Source: Octopus sinensis (taxonomy: Eukaryota). Taken from it: a stretch of 64,000 nucleotides of DNA. Location: the NCBI RefSeq assembly GCF_006345805.1, contig NC_043002.1, forward strand, positions 51,584,001 through 51,648,000, given 5' to 3'. Below the pieces are notes generated by a model. The model made no database searches. It was not told where the DNA came from and worked only from the letters and a program-made list of their open reading frames with translations. How positions within the stretch are numbered: the stretch's first letter is position 1; each line of letters begins with the position of its first letter. Positions 36,880-50,059 of this stretch are shown here, piece by piece. Position numbers and translations under genes: made by a program.

Positions 36880-37250
36880 GCAAAGAAAAGCATACATTCA
36901 CTCTCTGCATGCAATTAGACTCGGAAAGTTCGTGAGGAACCCATTGACCCAATTTGCTGACTTTTCCGATAGCATACAGGTGTCAATGAATGGTTGAATG
37001 ACCAAATCCAAGCTTCCTGCTATTCCTCAACAGTTACGATGATATTTTGTTTCCACCAGGTTTTCAGGATGTCCTTGTCGAGTTCTACAGATCTTTCAGG
37101 ATGAGGCTCGTCTTCTAGGCTGTAGTTTTATGGCTCGGGATTTCTGGAACCACCATTGACACTGCCTTACGCTTATTGTCCAATCCCCATATACTGCATT
37201 AATATTTCTTGTACTTTGCACACATTTATATTCTGTTATTCTTTTATATG
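36880..37250 (-). mobile_element. mariner transposase N-terminal remnant
   Basis: RNINAVYG..TISVRQCQ.WFQK.R....LEDEPRP.RS pattern with frameshifts. Confidence 0.75.
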
Positions 37251-37789
37251 TTTCAGCCTTGAGGTTGTGGCCAGCGATCATGTGTGTGTGTGTTTGTGTG
37301 TGTCTATCTGTCTGTGTCTGTCTGTATGTATATATGTATATGTATGTGTGTGAACAATAATATTTTCAACAGATGTGTTGCAAATGTATCTGATTGTTCT
37401 CAAGCTTCAATACTGTGTGTGTATTGTGTGTGTGTATGTATGTATGTATATGTATGTATGTATGTATATGTATGTATGTAATGTGTGGTGTGTGGTGTGT
37501 GTGTGTGTGTGTGTGGTGTTTATGTATGTATTTATGTATGTATGTATGTATGTATGTATGTATGAGTGTATGTTTACTTTATTACTATTACTCTCTTCCA
37601 AGAACATTTCACTCACTCTTAGCTCTTAGCTTCCCATACATTTTACTCATGTATCTATCAGGGTCATAGACAGAATACTTTCACTTTAGTCTTCCTCAAA
37701 TCACACTCTGTCGCTATTTACTTTCATTTTATTCATTGCCCACTGTGTGTGTGCGTTTGCGTGTGGTGTAACCAGACTAAGAAAAGCAT

Positions 37790-37987
37790 TTGACACACAC
37801 ACCAGAATGTGAGTTTTCTGTAAATTTTGCTTAATTGGAGTTAAATTTTAAAAACTGGACCTGGCATGACGCGATGCATTGTACTCTTAAAAATGCCAGG
37901 TAATTGTAATTGAAGAATCCTATATTGTAGATTTGTATAACTCCCAAAGGGAGGCAGATAAAAATCTGCCTTTTATAATAAGAGATA
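37790..37987 (-). mobile_element. Probable Helitron 5' fragment of a second subfamily
   Basis: - strand ATCTC.TATTATAAAAGGCAG start; similar start near 40733. Confidence 0.4.
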
Positions 37988-38265
37988 TATATATATATAA
38001 ATTAATAAATAAATAAAACATATGCATATATACATACATATATATACCTACCTACCTCTACATGTATATATACATGCATATATGGGTATAGGACACCAAA
38101 AAAAAAAACGTCGAGCACAATGAGAAACGAAAACATATACACAAAACCAAGGAAATGGACATTTTTCTTAAACAACGAAAAAATAGAGTACAGGACATAC
38201 AAAACAAGGAAAATTCCCCTTCTTCAATCGCCTTTGTTTCATCTATTCCACGTTTCGAAGGTCAA

Positions 38266-38297
<32 letters not shown>

Positions 38298-38339
38298 AAT
38301 GTGTATGTGTATTATATATATACACTGGGAATACAGAAG

Positions 38340-38850
38340 GTGATATAGTTGAGAGGAGGAGTAAAACCTGGGTGGCATGACACAGTTTGAGATCTGTATA
38401 GAAAGCAGGCCTTCGTAAATACCTGAAGATCCCTCTCATCGTTGCTGCAGTGGAGGCTATTCTGTTGTACGATCTGAGACTTGGACACTGACCAAGAAAC
38501 TCACTCAGATGGTGGATGGGTACTACACGAAAATGTTGAGGATACATCAGTATACACGGACGATGAGGTACTCAGAGCTGTACGAGAGCTTCCCATTAGT
38601 TAACTCGAAAAATAACACTGAGGAAACTGAGGTTAGCTGGACATGCTCACCGTCATTCAGAGTTGATACTCTACTCAGTGCTCATGTGGGAGCCCCTACA
38701 CAGACACATAAGAAGAGGGAGACCGAGGATGACATATGTTGATGCCCTAAAAACAGACACTGGTCTCTGTGAGACACAAGATATGGCAGCGATGATGGGG
38801 AACAAATACCGCTGAGAGAAGCTCATCCATGGATCACGGGAATTTTACCC
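38340..38850 (+). mobile_element. Degenerate RTE-clade RT C-terminus
   Basis: VEAILLY..ETWTLTK.L...VDGYYTKMLR; RLAGH..RH; MWEP.H....RGRP..TYVD.L..DTG. Confidence 0.8.
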
Positions 38851-38851
38851 A

Positions 38852-38901
<50 letters not shown>

Positions 38902-38906
38902 TCGTA

Positions 38907-40151
38907 CAGGATATCTCCAAAAATGTACACACATTTTAGATAATTGAAAAGTTGGTGTTTATTAAAATACATTTCATTTTCAAAATTTAATAGGATCCGC
39001 AGACATTATTTATTGTTTTGTCTGTGCCTGCTTTCACACTGACGTCTGTTCTGGTCCAGGTACTGCTGACAATGCAAAGCAATGGAATCACAAACATCAC
39101 GAAGCAATACACTTGGTATTTGCGTGCATTATCGTTCGATGGCTGCCTGTAAATCAGTGACTGTTGCGGGTTTCATATCGTAGACTTTGTCTTTTAAGTA
39201 TGCTCATAAAAAAAAAAACGTCTAGTGGTTTGAGGTCGGGTGATCACGGAGTGTAGTCAACGAAACCCCTTCGTCCAATCCACCTGTTTGGCAAGATCTC
39301 ATCAAGGAAGGGTCTAACATCGCTATGGAAGTGTAGGGCTACTCCGTCTTGCTGAAAATAAAACTCTTCGTCTTCAAAGTCTTCTCTAATGCTTGGCATG
39401 ACAGACTGTTGCAGCAATTTCAAGTAAACGGATTCAAGTAGTGTCAAAAAAGAATGGTCCAGTTAATCCTCTGGATGATAAGCCTCACTGCACTTAACTC
39501 CTGGTAAATTAACAATGTGTCCGGCGTAATAAGCGGGCTCTCATGTCCCCGTTAGGTGTAATTGTGGCGATTTACTGAATCATTTATTTAGAATGTGACC
39601 TGATTACTCCATACAATCTTTGTTAGAAAGCGTGCATCTTCTACACATTCTTCCAATTACCACTCGCTTTACTTCACACTTCGGTCTGTATCATCTCATT
39701 AATAGCATGGACAAATTTCCATTGACAACACTTCAAAATGTGTTGGACAGTCGATTCCGAAATACCTACCTCACGACTCGCTTGCGGCACATGTTTACTT
39801 GGACATTGGTGATATGTTTGTAGCACACATTCTTAATTTGTTGGGTTGTCGATGTTCGTGGTCTTCGTGAACACTTCTCGTGGACATTCTGAACTGTTCT
39901 ATCGGCTTAAAACTTATCTCTAACTCGACTGATGGTAAGTCGCGTTGGTGGATCTGTTTGAAACTCCCTCCTAAACTGTCTTTGCAGTTCAACTGCGTTT
40001 TCACGCTTCCAGTAGCATTTTAGAATGAATTTCCTTTGTTCAAAGCTTAGTCTGACTGCCATCATTAATTGCATTGGGTTTCATCTCGAAAGAGAAATAT
40101 CAATTGAGTTATCAGTTGCTAAAGTGTGTATACATTTTCTGGGACACCCTG
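38907..40151 (-). mobile_element. Full-length but degenerate Tc1/mariner element, rosa(DD41D)-like
   Basis: TIRs CAGGATATCTCCAAAAATGTACACACATTTTA / CAGGGTGTCCCAGAAAATGTATACACACTTTA(rc), TA flanks. [24 protein letters not shown]....SPDLTP. Confidence 0.88.
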
Positions 40152-40739
40152 TATATATATGTATTCATATATATATATATATATATATACTCTATTGAAT
40201 GTATGTAAAATTATGAACTGTTCCATTATACTTTTTATGTATATAGCATGGACTCGATTGAATGTATGAAACAATTATGAACTATTTCATTATACTCTTT
40301 ATAATCTGATAATAAAATATATTGCCTTTCAAAAACATCCTAAATTTGAAGATTACATATCGTGTTTAAAAAAAAAAAAACATTTTACATTTTTATTTTT
40401 GATGAACGCTGTCACTTACTCTCTCTCCCTCACACATACACACACATACATCAACACACAGTTTCCCTTTCTCCCTCACACACACACTACCACTTCGCTA
40501 TGATAAGAAGGGGACTTAACTCATGTTAGCAAATTTCAAAATTGATAAAAGTTATGGTTGAAAATCGATTTTTACCGCTAACGCGGGTGCCTCGGGAAGA
40601 AAGTGTCATTAAACCCTGCTAGGGTCGTGATCAATGCCCTCCAAACATTGGAGCGACATGCGTGCTATTTGTGGACGTGCATAAATTATATTCACGTACA
40701 CACACACACAAAAACATCCTGCCTTTTATAGATACACAC

Positions 40740-40827
<88 letters not shown>

Positions 40828-41689
40828 TGAGATTTGAGTATATTTTATCGTAGTTAATTCTAAATTTTAGTTTTCTAGTGAATGATATTCTACTGTATAG
40901 TGATTTTATTCTCTTTTTCTGTTAAAGCTAAAATATATTTGTAGTTTCCATTGATAAAACGTATATTTCCATCCGTTTGTTCTTGTTCTTTAAGTAACGT
41001 ATTTCACGAGTATTTTATAAACGCTGAGTAAGAAGTCTTTCGTTTTTAAATTTTAGACATTTTTATTTAGGAAATATTATTGTACTCTATATAAGTATTG
41101 ATTGTTAAATATGAATTTCTAATTTTTTTATTTGTTAATGATAATTTAGATATGTACATTTATTTAATTATTATATCTGAACGTAAATTTTAAAATATTA
41201 GTTAGTTACTTTGTGATTTAGATCGTAAACTAATAGTTCTTATTATATTTCTAATTTTATTATATTTCTAGTATTATTACATTTAATAATAATAGTAATA
41301 ATAAGTATTTTATAAGTATTTTATAACCGATAAGTTATACATTGTTACTTTGGAATTTTTCCTTTCTTACTTTTTATTTCATAAATATTTTCGAAAGATA
41401 TCTATAATATTTACATAAGTAATAATGGACTAATTTATTTATTGTTTATATGCTTATTGATGGAAAAAATATGGATTTTTAATTGCTATATTTGTTGATT
41501 ATAATTTAGATACTTAATTTTTATATATTTATTATTTTATAATTATTATATGTGAATTAAAATCTAAAAATATTAAGAGTGATTGTTTTGTAAAATATTT
41601 TTGTAATTAAATATTAGAGTATAACTAGGTTAAAGATATTCTAAAGTTTATTAATATATATATAAAGTTTATTAATCAACATAGAAACT

Positions 41690-42600
41690 TTAAGAAAAGT
41701 TCAACACAACAACACACCTTCCCCGAAAATACTACCTTACATATCTACATACAACCCCAGAAACAAAGAAGCCTTCACCATAATCACCTAGAATTTACCA
41801 ATACTTCATAAGGACCCCAAATTAAAGGAAATTCTTAACATACACCAAATCATTAAAAGCTACAAACAACCTAAATCACTTAAAAAGATTCTCACAAAGG
41901 CAAAATTGTTTTCTGAAATTACGGATGCAAAAGTAAAAAAAAATGTGGTAGATCGAACTGTGCAACATGTCCAAACCTGCTAGAAGGATCAGAATTCCTC
42001 TTTAAAGAGGACAGAAATTCAAGATCAAATCTAACTTTACTTGTGCTTCTGAAAACATAATTTATGTCATAAAATGCTCGGGCTGCCACCAAGACTACGT
42101 GGGATCCACGGGACTATCACTCAGACGTAGATGCACACTGCATCGACAACAGATTGCATTCCCAGAATACAGAATGATACCTTTTAGTAAACACATTGAA
42201 AAATGCGCAAAGCAACTACTACCACAATTTTTAATCTTTCCATTTTACCAATGTGCTATCGGATCATCAACACAAATTAGACTAAACAAGGAAACATTCT
42301 TCATTGAAAAGTACAAGCCCAGACTTAACCATGCCAACATACTGATACAGAGAAATTTACACCAAGGGAAACGAAAAAATTTTTTTTTAATTTTAAGCGA
42401 TTAACTCCCTTACACCGGAAGAAATCACTCACTACCTCCCCTTATTTAGAACTCTTTTAAACATAAGCATAAAGATAACTCTGTTTAAGATAAACATAAC
42501 GTCGTAAGAAATTTGAAAAGCTAAACGCGAAACCGGTCTTTCTTCAAAATTATGTCATTATAAGGAAAATTTTTTTAATATTCTTCAGACATATTGACGC
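41690..42600 (+). mobile_element. Penelope-like element 3' part: linker, GIY-YIG endonuclease and terminal repeat
   Basis: LPYISTYNP; SYKQPKSLK.IL; CGRSNCATC; FTCASENIIYVIKCSGC.QDYVGST; R...HRQQI; IEKYKPRLN. Confidence 0.9.
42506..42544 (+). ncRNA. Hammerhead-like motif with UUGAAAA core
   Basis: AAGAAA t TTGAAAA GC TAAAC GC GAAAC CG GTC TTTCTT: 6-bp stem I with one extra U, only 2-bp stem II. Confidence 0.45.
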
Positions 42601-42695
42601 AAATATATATATTTTCTAACCTTTAAGCCTTCTGTAGTTTTTTTCACTTTTTACTATTTTCTATATATTCAACCACGGTTTTCACAACCAACTTT

Positions 42696-42738
<43 letters not shown>

Positions 42739-42753
42739 ATATATAATACATAT

Positions 42754-43097
42754 ATATTAATGGTTATCGCCAAGCTAATATGGCAGTCCATAATATAGGA
42801 CGAAAGCTGCCGTTGATTAGCTCAAGAAGCCATCACCTCTAGCTAGCTATATGACAAACGAACCTGTGTCCATTATGACCTTCGAATAGGGGATGTCAGC
42901 CGCTTTCCCTTGCTGGTCAGACATCTGCAGACATGTTTCAGGGTATTTGCCTTTTATCAATGCAGAGTAGCCGAACCCAGCAGGCGTCGCCGCTGACCGT
43001 CTCTTCGAAGGATTATTTACCCCTTTGGAGCTAATCAACGGCAGCTTTCGTTCTGTATTATGGACTGCCATATTAGCCTGGTGATAACTATTAATAT
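42754..43097. mobile_element. MITE with ~70-bp TIRs
   Basis: ATATTAAT(G/A)GTTATC(G/A)CCA(A/G)GCTAATATGGCAGTCCATAATA...CGAAAGCTGCCGTTGATTAGCTC at both ends, inverted. Confidence 0.85.
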
Positions 43098-43152
43098 CCA
43101 GTACCGCTACCGTAGTCTCCTTTAGAGAGACTTAGAAATAATAATAATAATA

Positions 43153-43197
<45 letters not shown>

Positions 43198-43207
43198 TAA
43201 TAAAAAC

Positions 43208-43263
<56 letters not shown>

Positions 43264-43460
43264 AATTATTATAAAGGATAAAATCTATGTAAGATTTTAT
43301 CAGGTAGAACTTTTTCAGCCGTGTCTATGTGATAAATAAGGTAGTCTTAGAGTCATTTGACATCTTCTTCTAGCATGTGGCGCTACCTTGGTGTTGTCCT
43401 ATTATAATTATGTATGTATATATATATATATTGTACATGTGTGTGTGTGTGTTTGTGTGT

Positions 43461-43539
<79 letters not shown>

Positions 43540-43624
43540 GAGGTTGAAAAGGAACACACGAGTTGATATATATGGAAAAAAAGTCAAGATAGAAAATGCT
43601 AAAATAATTTTAAAAAATATATTT

Positions 43625-43657
43625 CAGTACCGGTTTCAGTCATTGAGACTTTTTCAA
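43625..43657 (-). ncRNA. Hammerhead-like motif, UUGAAAA core, 5' strand of stem I deleted
   Basis: TTGAAAA AGTC TCAAT GACT GAAAC CG GTA CTG. Confidence 0.5.
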
Positions 43658-44164
43658 ATAAATTTAGAAAAATTAAAAGAAAAGTTTTTTTAAAAGAATA
43701 TTTGTATAGTGTTCAAATACAAGTGGCATTTTCCTCGTTTCTGCCTGTCTCTGTCTCCCTTGTTTACTCTTGTGGGTTCGAGGTCATTATGAATTCTTGG
43801 TAGGGAAGAAGAAGAAGAAGAAGAAGAAGAAGAAGAAGAAGAAGAAGAAGAAGAAGAAGAAGAAGAAGAAGAAGGAAGAGAAGGGAGAATAAAAAGGAAT
43901 GTAGGTAGTGTGAAAGTAGAAAGGTATTAAATGTTCGAATGACTTAAAATTGGCACGTTATAGAATATAGCAGTGATTGGGACTGTTTTTAATGAATTCT
44001 TGAGGACCTCTTGCGTGTGTATTTGTGTTATTCTAAGGCTGTGGTAGATATGTCGTTTGTCTTAGACGCGTTCAAAAGGGGTCTGTATTTTCTTTTCTTT
44101 TCAAAACATTTGTTTAAAAAACTTTTCTTTTAATTTTTCTAAATTTAATTGCTTTTCATACTTA

Positions 44165-44200
44165 CAGTTGAAAAAATCTCAATGACTGAAACCGGTACTG
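44165..44200 (+). ncRNA. Hammerhead-like motif, UUGAAAA core
   Basis: CAG TTGAAAA AATC TCAAT GACT GAAAC CG GTA CTG (one stem II mismatch). Confidence 0.6.
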
Positions 44201-44283
44201 AGATGTTTATAAAATTATTTTAGCATTTTCCATCTTGACTTTTTCCATGCACACACACACCACACACACCACACACACATATA

Positions 44284-44375
<92 letters not shown>

Positions 44376-44376
44376 T

Positions 44377-44407
<31 letters not shown>

Positions 44408-44526
44408 TTGTGAGGTGTGTGTGCGTGTTTGTGCGGTGTGTGTATGTTTGTATGTGTGTCTTTATGTATGTATATATTTCTCTCTCTCTCCATCTCTCTC
44501 TCTCTCTTCTCTCTCTATATATATAT

Positions 44527-44581
<55 letters not shown>

Positions 44582-44722
44582 AAAGAAGGGAAAATATAGG
44601 AGATTTTGTTTTTGAAAATGCGCCTGAATTTGAAATAGCTTGTAATCGTTTTTAAATGAATTTATTTACATACATAAGAAATTAGTTTCAATAATTTTCT
44701 GTTTATCAATGGTATAAACGTA

Positions 44723-44910
44723 GGATCTTTTCAATATCGTGGCCAGGACCGCAGATCTTTCTAGTTAACTAAATAATTTGAAACTTCGTGTACTCGTTCT
44801 GGTTTACAATTAAGTTTACTTTTGACACATTCTACCAGTATACGAAGTTTCAAATTGTTTGGTTCAGTAGGAAAAATTTGGAAAAACTGGCTTCACAAAT
44901 GAAAAGATCC
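44723..44910. mobile_element. Short GGATC-ended MITE with 8-bp TSD
   Basis: GGATCTTTTCA...TGAAAAGATCC. TSD TAAACGTA at 44715-44722 and 44911-44918. Confidence 0.88.
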
Positions 44911-45859
44911 TAAACGTATATAAAACAATGGGATTTAAAGAACTTTAAATTGCAAAGTAGAAAACACGTTTAAATGATTAAATGACTTTTCGTTTTTAAT
45001 GGAATGTTTTGGAATTAGTGACTTCATGTTTTTCTGAGAACGGATCTAATTTCTGATTCGTTATTATTCTGATGACGTCTTATTCTTTCTGGTAGTCAAG
45101 ATTGGCGTTGTCTCCTTCACTTCTCTGTAGGGGATGGCCACCAACCGTTCCGGTTGCTCGATCTCTTAAAGGGTAAAGTTTTTTTTTTCCTGAGGGTCCG
45201 GTTCTGATCGGAGGTAAAATTTCAGTGGTCTAGTGGTAGGTGACGTCAGCAACTGGTGTTTGAGATACGTTTATATTATTGTATAAACAAAAGATTGTTG
45301 AAACTAGCTTCAACAATTTTTTGAAACTTGTTTGAAACTAGTTTGGTATGTATGTAAATAAATTTATTTTCTTTGTTGTTGGACATAAGATAAAATAAGA
45401 ACAGAAATAAACGAATATATAGTGCGTGTGTTTATTTGGCAAAAAAAAAAGACCATCCGGAAATATAACAATATATATGTGGCTGTATGGTAAGTAGCTT
45501 GCTTACCAACCACATGGTTCCAGGTTCAGTCCCACTGCGTGGAACCTTGAGCAAAGCCTTGTGAGTGGATTTGGTAGACGGAAACTGAAAGAAGTCCGTC
45601 GGATGTATATATATAAGTTCAGTAAAAATTTAGATTCAGTTGAATATGGTACTTAAGTTAAAGGTACCAGAATTTGTTATGGTATTATCCATATAATTCA
45701 AAATAGGATGATTCAAAATGTTGCTTATTTTGATTATATATATATGTTTGTACCCACCCCATCGCTTGACAACCGATGTTGGTGTGTTTACGTCCCCGTA
45801 ACTTAGCTGTTCCTCCGTTAGGGTATATTTAATGTATGTTGGTCAACACATTTCTATAA

Positions 45860-47640
45860 ATAGCAATTTCGTGGGAGAGGTTTAAGTCGATTGCATCGAC
45901 TTTAGAGATCAACTGGTACTTACTCTATCGACCTAAAAGGATGAAAGGCGAAGACGACCTCGGTGGAATTTGAACTCAAAACGTAAATTCAGAAGAAATA
46001 CCGCTAATAATTTATCCCGGTGGAGGTAACGATTCTGTCAGCTCGCTGCCTTACTTATTGATTTCAAATTTTGGCGCAAGGCCAGCAAGTTCGAAAGAGG
46101 AAGTAAGTCGATTACCTGAACCTCAACATTCATCGACCCCGAAAGAATTAAGGACAAAATCAACCTCAGCGGAATTTGAACCCAGAACGTGAAGACGGAC
46201 GAAATGCCGCTAACAGCATACTAACAGCATACTAACAATTCTACCAATTCACCACATTATATAAAATTCTGATGCTCTACCGACTGAGCTATGCGGGCAG
46301 ACTATATTCCTATAAAAATTAATGTATATCAACATACATGGGGGTTTATTAAGGCGAGTAAGATGGCAGAAACGCTAGCATAAGGCGGCAAGTTGACAGA
46401 AAAGTTAGCACGCCGGGCGAAATGCTTAGCGGTATTTCATCTGCCGTTACGTTCTGAGTTCAAATTCCGCCGAGGTCGATTTTGCCTTTTATCCTTTCGG
46501 GGTCGATAAGTTAAGTACCAGTTACGCACTGGGGTCGATATAATCGACTTAATCCGTTTGTCTGTCCTTGTTTGTCCTCTCTGTGTTTAGCCACTCGTGG
46601 GTAGTAAAGAAATAGGTATTTCGTCTGCCGTTACGTTCTGAGTTCAAATTCCGCCGGTCGACTTTGCCTTTCATCTTTTCGGGGTAGATAAATTAAGTAC
46701 CAGTTACGCACTGGGGTCGATATAATCGACTTAAAACCTTAGTCTGTTCTTGTTGGTCCCCTCTATGTTTTGCCCCTTGCGGGCAATAAAGAAATAAGAA
46801 ACGTTAGCATGCCAAACAAAATGCTTAGCGAAATTTCTTCCTGAGTTCAAGGCATTACCTTCTGAGTTCAAATTCTACCAAGATTGACTTTGCCTTTCAT
46901 CCTTTCGAAGTCGATAAAATTAAGACTAGTCAAGAATTTGGATCGATGGAAACGACTTAGCCCCTCCAGTAAAATTTAGTGGCTTTGTACCAAAATTAGA
47001 AAGAATTATATTAGAATATATAGATATATAGGTTTCAATTTTTGGTACAAGGCCAACAACTTCGGGGGTGGGGGAGTAAGTCGATTACTAGTACTTATTT
47101 TATCGACCCCGAAAGGATCAAAGGTAAATTCGTGATCTGAGGAATACGATGAAATGCCGTTAAGCATTTTGTCCCGCGTGCTAACGATACTTTTCTACTC
47201 TAGGCATAAGGCCTGAAACTTTGGGGGAGGGGGCCAGTCAATTAGATCGCAACTGGTGTTTAATTTATCGACCCCGAAAGGATGAAAGGCTAAGTCGACC
47301 TCGGCGGAATTTGAACTCAGAACGTAAAGACAGACGAAATATCGCTAAGCATTTCACCCGGCGCGCTAACGTTTCTGCCAGCTCACCTCCTTCGATTGCT
47401 AACGGTACTGCCAGCTCGCCGCCTATATAGTTTCAAATATTGGCACAGGGTCATCTACTTTAAGGGAGAGGGTAAGTCGTTTACATCGACCCTAGTATTC
47501 AACTGGTACTTATTTTATCAACCCCAAAAGGATGAAAGGTAAAGTCGACTTCGGCGGAATTTGAACTCTGAGCGTGAAGATGGACGGATCACGCTAAGCA
47601 TGCTGCCCGGCGTGCAAGCGATTCTGCCAGCTCGCCCCCT
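45860..47640. mobile_element. Dense SINE-B cluster in both orientations
   Basis: - copies at ~45860-46250 and ~47040-47640; + copies at ~46350-46990, including the dimer 46382-46796. Confidence 0.85.
46262..46298 (-). pseudogene. tRNA-Lys(UUU)-like 5' half (pseudogene or SINE head)
   Basis: GCCCGCATAGCTCAGTCGGTAGAGCATCAGAATTTTA vs metazoan tRNA-Lys GCCCGGATAGCTCAGTCGGTAGAGCATCAGACTTTTAA (recalled). No 3' half follows. Confidence 0.8.
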
Positions 47641-47822
47641 TGTGGTATATAAACATATTAAACACCAAAAATACTTTTTACTATTTATCCAAGAGGAGTA
47701 CCTCTAATGGATGGATGGCTTTGAATACTTTTGTAGCATCAACGTCCTACTGTTTCAGGCGGTAATGTCTTGATGGCATTTTTAGCTGCTACTGATCACA
47801 TCTATGACATTTTCTATGGATA

Positions 47823-48218
47823 TCTTTATATATAAACGTGAAGTTGTGTGTCTGTCTCCTACGATTTAGATTCCTAACTACTCCCACATTTTGCGGTGCA
47901 GTTTAACCAAAACCGGGTATCTTATAGTCGTGATTCATATCGAGCCCTTCTGGGTATTAGCGCGCGTCTGCGATGAGCCTACAATTTAAAAAATAATTTA
48001 CCATAATTTTTTTCCATTTTAATGCATTTTTTCGCTATTATATAAGGGAAGTAAATCTCTAAAAATGTCTACGATGAGTCAACGATTTAAAAAAAATTTA
48101 CCATCATTTTTTTCCATTTTTAATGCATTTTTTTGCTATTTTTTGGCTATAACTCTCTAAAAATGCTTATATAGTTATTTCCCTTACAAACCCTAGCAAC
48201 GCCGGGCGATACTGCTAG
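47823..48218 (+). mobile_element. Non-autonomous Helitron, complete ends
   Basis: A|TC...GCAACGCCGGGCGATACTGCTAG|T. Confidence 0.88.
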
Positions 48219-49124
48219 TGAGATATAATTGGCCTTTACAGTCGCATGCTAAATGCTTTTTTTTTTTCGTCGTGAGGTTTCTCTCTGTTTGTATACCTTT
48301 ATTATGATAAAAGGAGATGTCAAAGACTATTTTATAAATGTTTATATACAACATCCGGATTTCTGAGGTTTGAGGGAAAAATTAATCAAGACTGTCCATT
48401 AACGGTATGAAAAATATTATTCTTTTAGAACCACACCCAATACTGCTATTACACACAGACATGTGCGTGTGAGTGTGTGTGTGAAAGAGAAAGAGAGAGA
48501 GAGTGTGTGTGTGTGTGTGTATGCATGCTCGTATGTGTGCGTACACTATGTGAATGTGAGTGTGTGAGAGTATGTGTGCGTGCGTAATAGATGTTTTGGG
48601 TGTTGTTCCAATACAGTTATTGATTAATGTGAATATCTAATTAATTATTCTCTTAAACCTTGCTGAGATAATACAAAGGTCGGAGAAATTGTTTCTTGCA
48701 TGGGTATAAAATCCGATATTTTTTCAGGTTCACACGCTTCTGTATTTGTGTGTGTGTGTGTGTGTGCGCGCGTACCAGACCTGTATGGGAAGGTGTATAC
48801 ACATACACATAGAAAGACCTATACACACAATACTTGCTCACATATATGTATACATGTCTGTATGCATGTATACATGTGCGTGTGTGTGTGTGTGTGGTGT
48901 TTGTCTGTGTGTGTAGGGTGATGCTTCTATAAAGGAATGCGATTTGACTTATCGCGTGAGCTATTATTGCTTCTGCGGTCACCGCTTTATTCCATGTATG
49001 GTACGAAAAAAATTTGAGAAATATTTCGAAAAAAATAGTTTTCCACTAAAAACAAAACTTCCGCTTACGTCGACGTGATTGAATTGTTCATTGTACGACG
49101 TTTGTTTGAAAACTTTCATGGCTG

Positions 49125-49262
49125 ATCAAGATACTCTCATGGAATGTGACCAAATGAGGTTTATTTTTCAACATAACCCCCCACCACCACCACCACTACC
49201 ACGGTTCATAGAATTCTTCCATCGTTGTTGCAGTGCTTCGATCCCATTGGTAAAGAAACTTT
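49125..49262 (-). mobile_element. mariner C-terminal fragment
   Basis: SFFTNGIEALQQRWKK on the - strand. Confidence 0.65.
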
Positions 49263-49269
49263 TAAAGTT

Positions 49270-49850
49270 TAAACGACATGTCCAATATGTGGGCTGGGCG
49301 ACGAAACCGTCCTGCACGCTTTTGTACATTGTTGGGAGCTGTCAGGCTTGATAATTTACGTAGAGCACGTGTTGTCGCATCTGGGAAGTGTTCAGCTATA
49401 GGCTGAATCTATAATAAAGATTATACCTCCAACTGGACTCCCGAAGGTGCTGAAAGAATCCTTACATCCTAGTCTTTCTAGGATGTAAGGATTCGTGACA
49501 GGGTCCTTCATTTCCGGCCATGCTTTGCTACAATACTTCAGATATCATCCGAAGAGCAAAATAGGGCTGGAGAGAAGGACCCTGTCGAGAAGTGTGTTTG
49601 AGGACAGATGGAAAGTTGTGTTAAGAAAGGTGGGTGCTTATCGGCTTTGGAAAAAAGGAGGAAATAAAAAGAAGATAGCCGCTGGGATTTTGAGGCAACA
49701 GGGCATACCCCTTACTCATATAGAAAAAGACTATTTCATCATCAATACTTCTAAATAATAGGTATCATTCGAACATATCACATCATTTTTTGCATGTATT
49801 GTCCTGTGCTGTCCCATCTATGTATTGATCTTTATGGTCGTAATTAAAAA
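49270..49850 (+). mobile_element. L1/Tx1-like LINE ORF2 C-terminal remnant (zinc knuckle)
   Basis: CPICGLGDETVLHAFVHC (C-x2-C..E-T-x-x-H-x-x-x-x-C), then L.YF.YH.K.KI..ERR.LS...F..RW. Confidence 0.75.
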
Positions 49851-50059
49851 TTCAACTAGCAAGCCATGCTACTGATGATGATCAATGTCTCTGAAACTAG
49901 TCTCTGGATGCTGGCTTTGCTGGGTAGAGGTGCTTGTCTCCAATTTGAAAACACAAGGACACAGGAAATGTGTCACTTCCAACAGGAAACGGTGTTTCCT
50001 AGGGTTAAATAACAGTAGCATTCTTCCCTTTCATGGGACTGTCACATTAAGTTGACAAC

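Larger units (their letters stand above)
43572..44250 (-). mobile_element. 5'-truncated PLE with inverted terminal repeat pair
   Basis: 43572-43700 and 44105-44250 are inverted copies. Between them the - strand encodes KYRPLLN (GIY-YIG end) plus UTR and (GAA)n. Confidence 0.75.

Noticed and set aside
40860-41690. Very AT-rich, strand-biased tracts (also ~56560-57260)
   Set aside because: Probably decayed PLE N-terminal sequence, but no motif is clear enough to support a call.
46382-46990. Regularly spaced repeats resembling a CRISPR array (also 13855-14065 and 23845-23910)
   Set aside because: The units are SINE cores, an RTE UTR minisatellite or MITE internal repeats. There are no unique spacers and no cas genes, and the context is eukaryotic.
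49872-49902. CTGATGA...GAAACTAGTC hammerhead-like string
   Set aside because: The core and palindromic ACTAGT are present, but stems I and II do not pair. At best a decayed copy.
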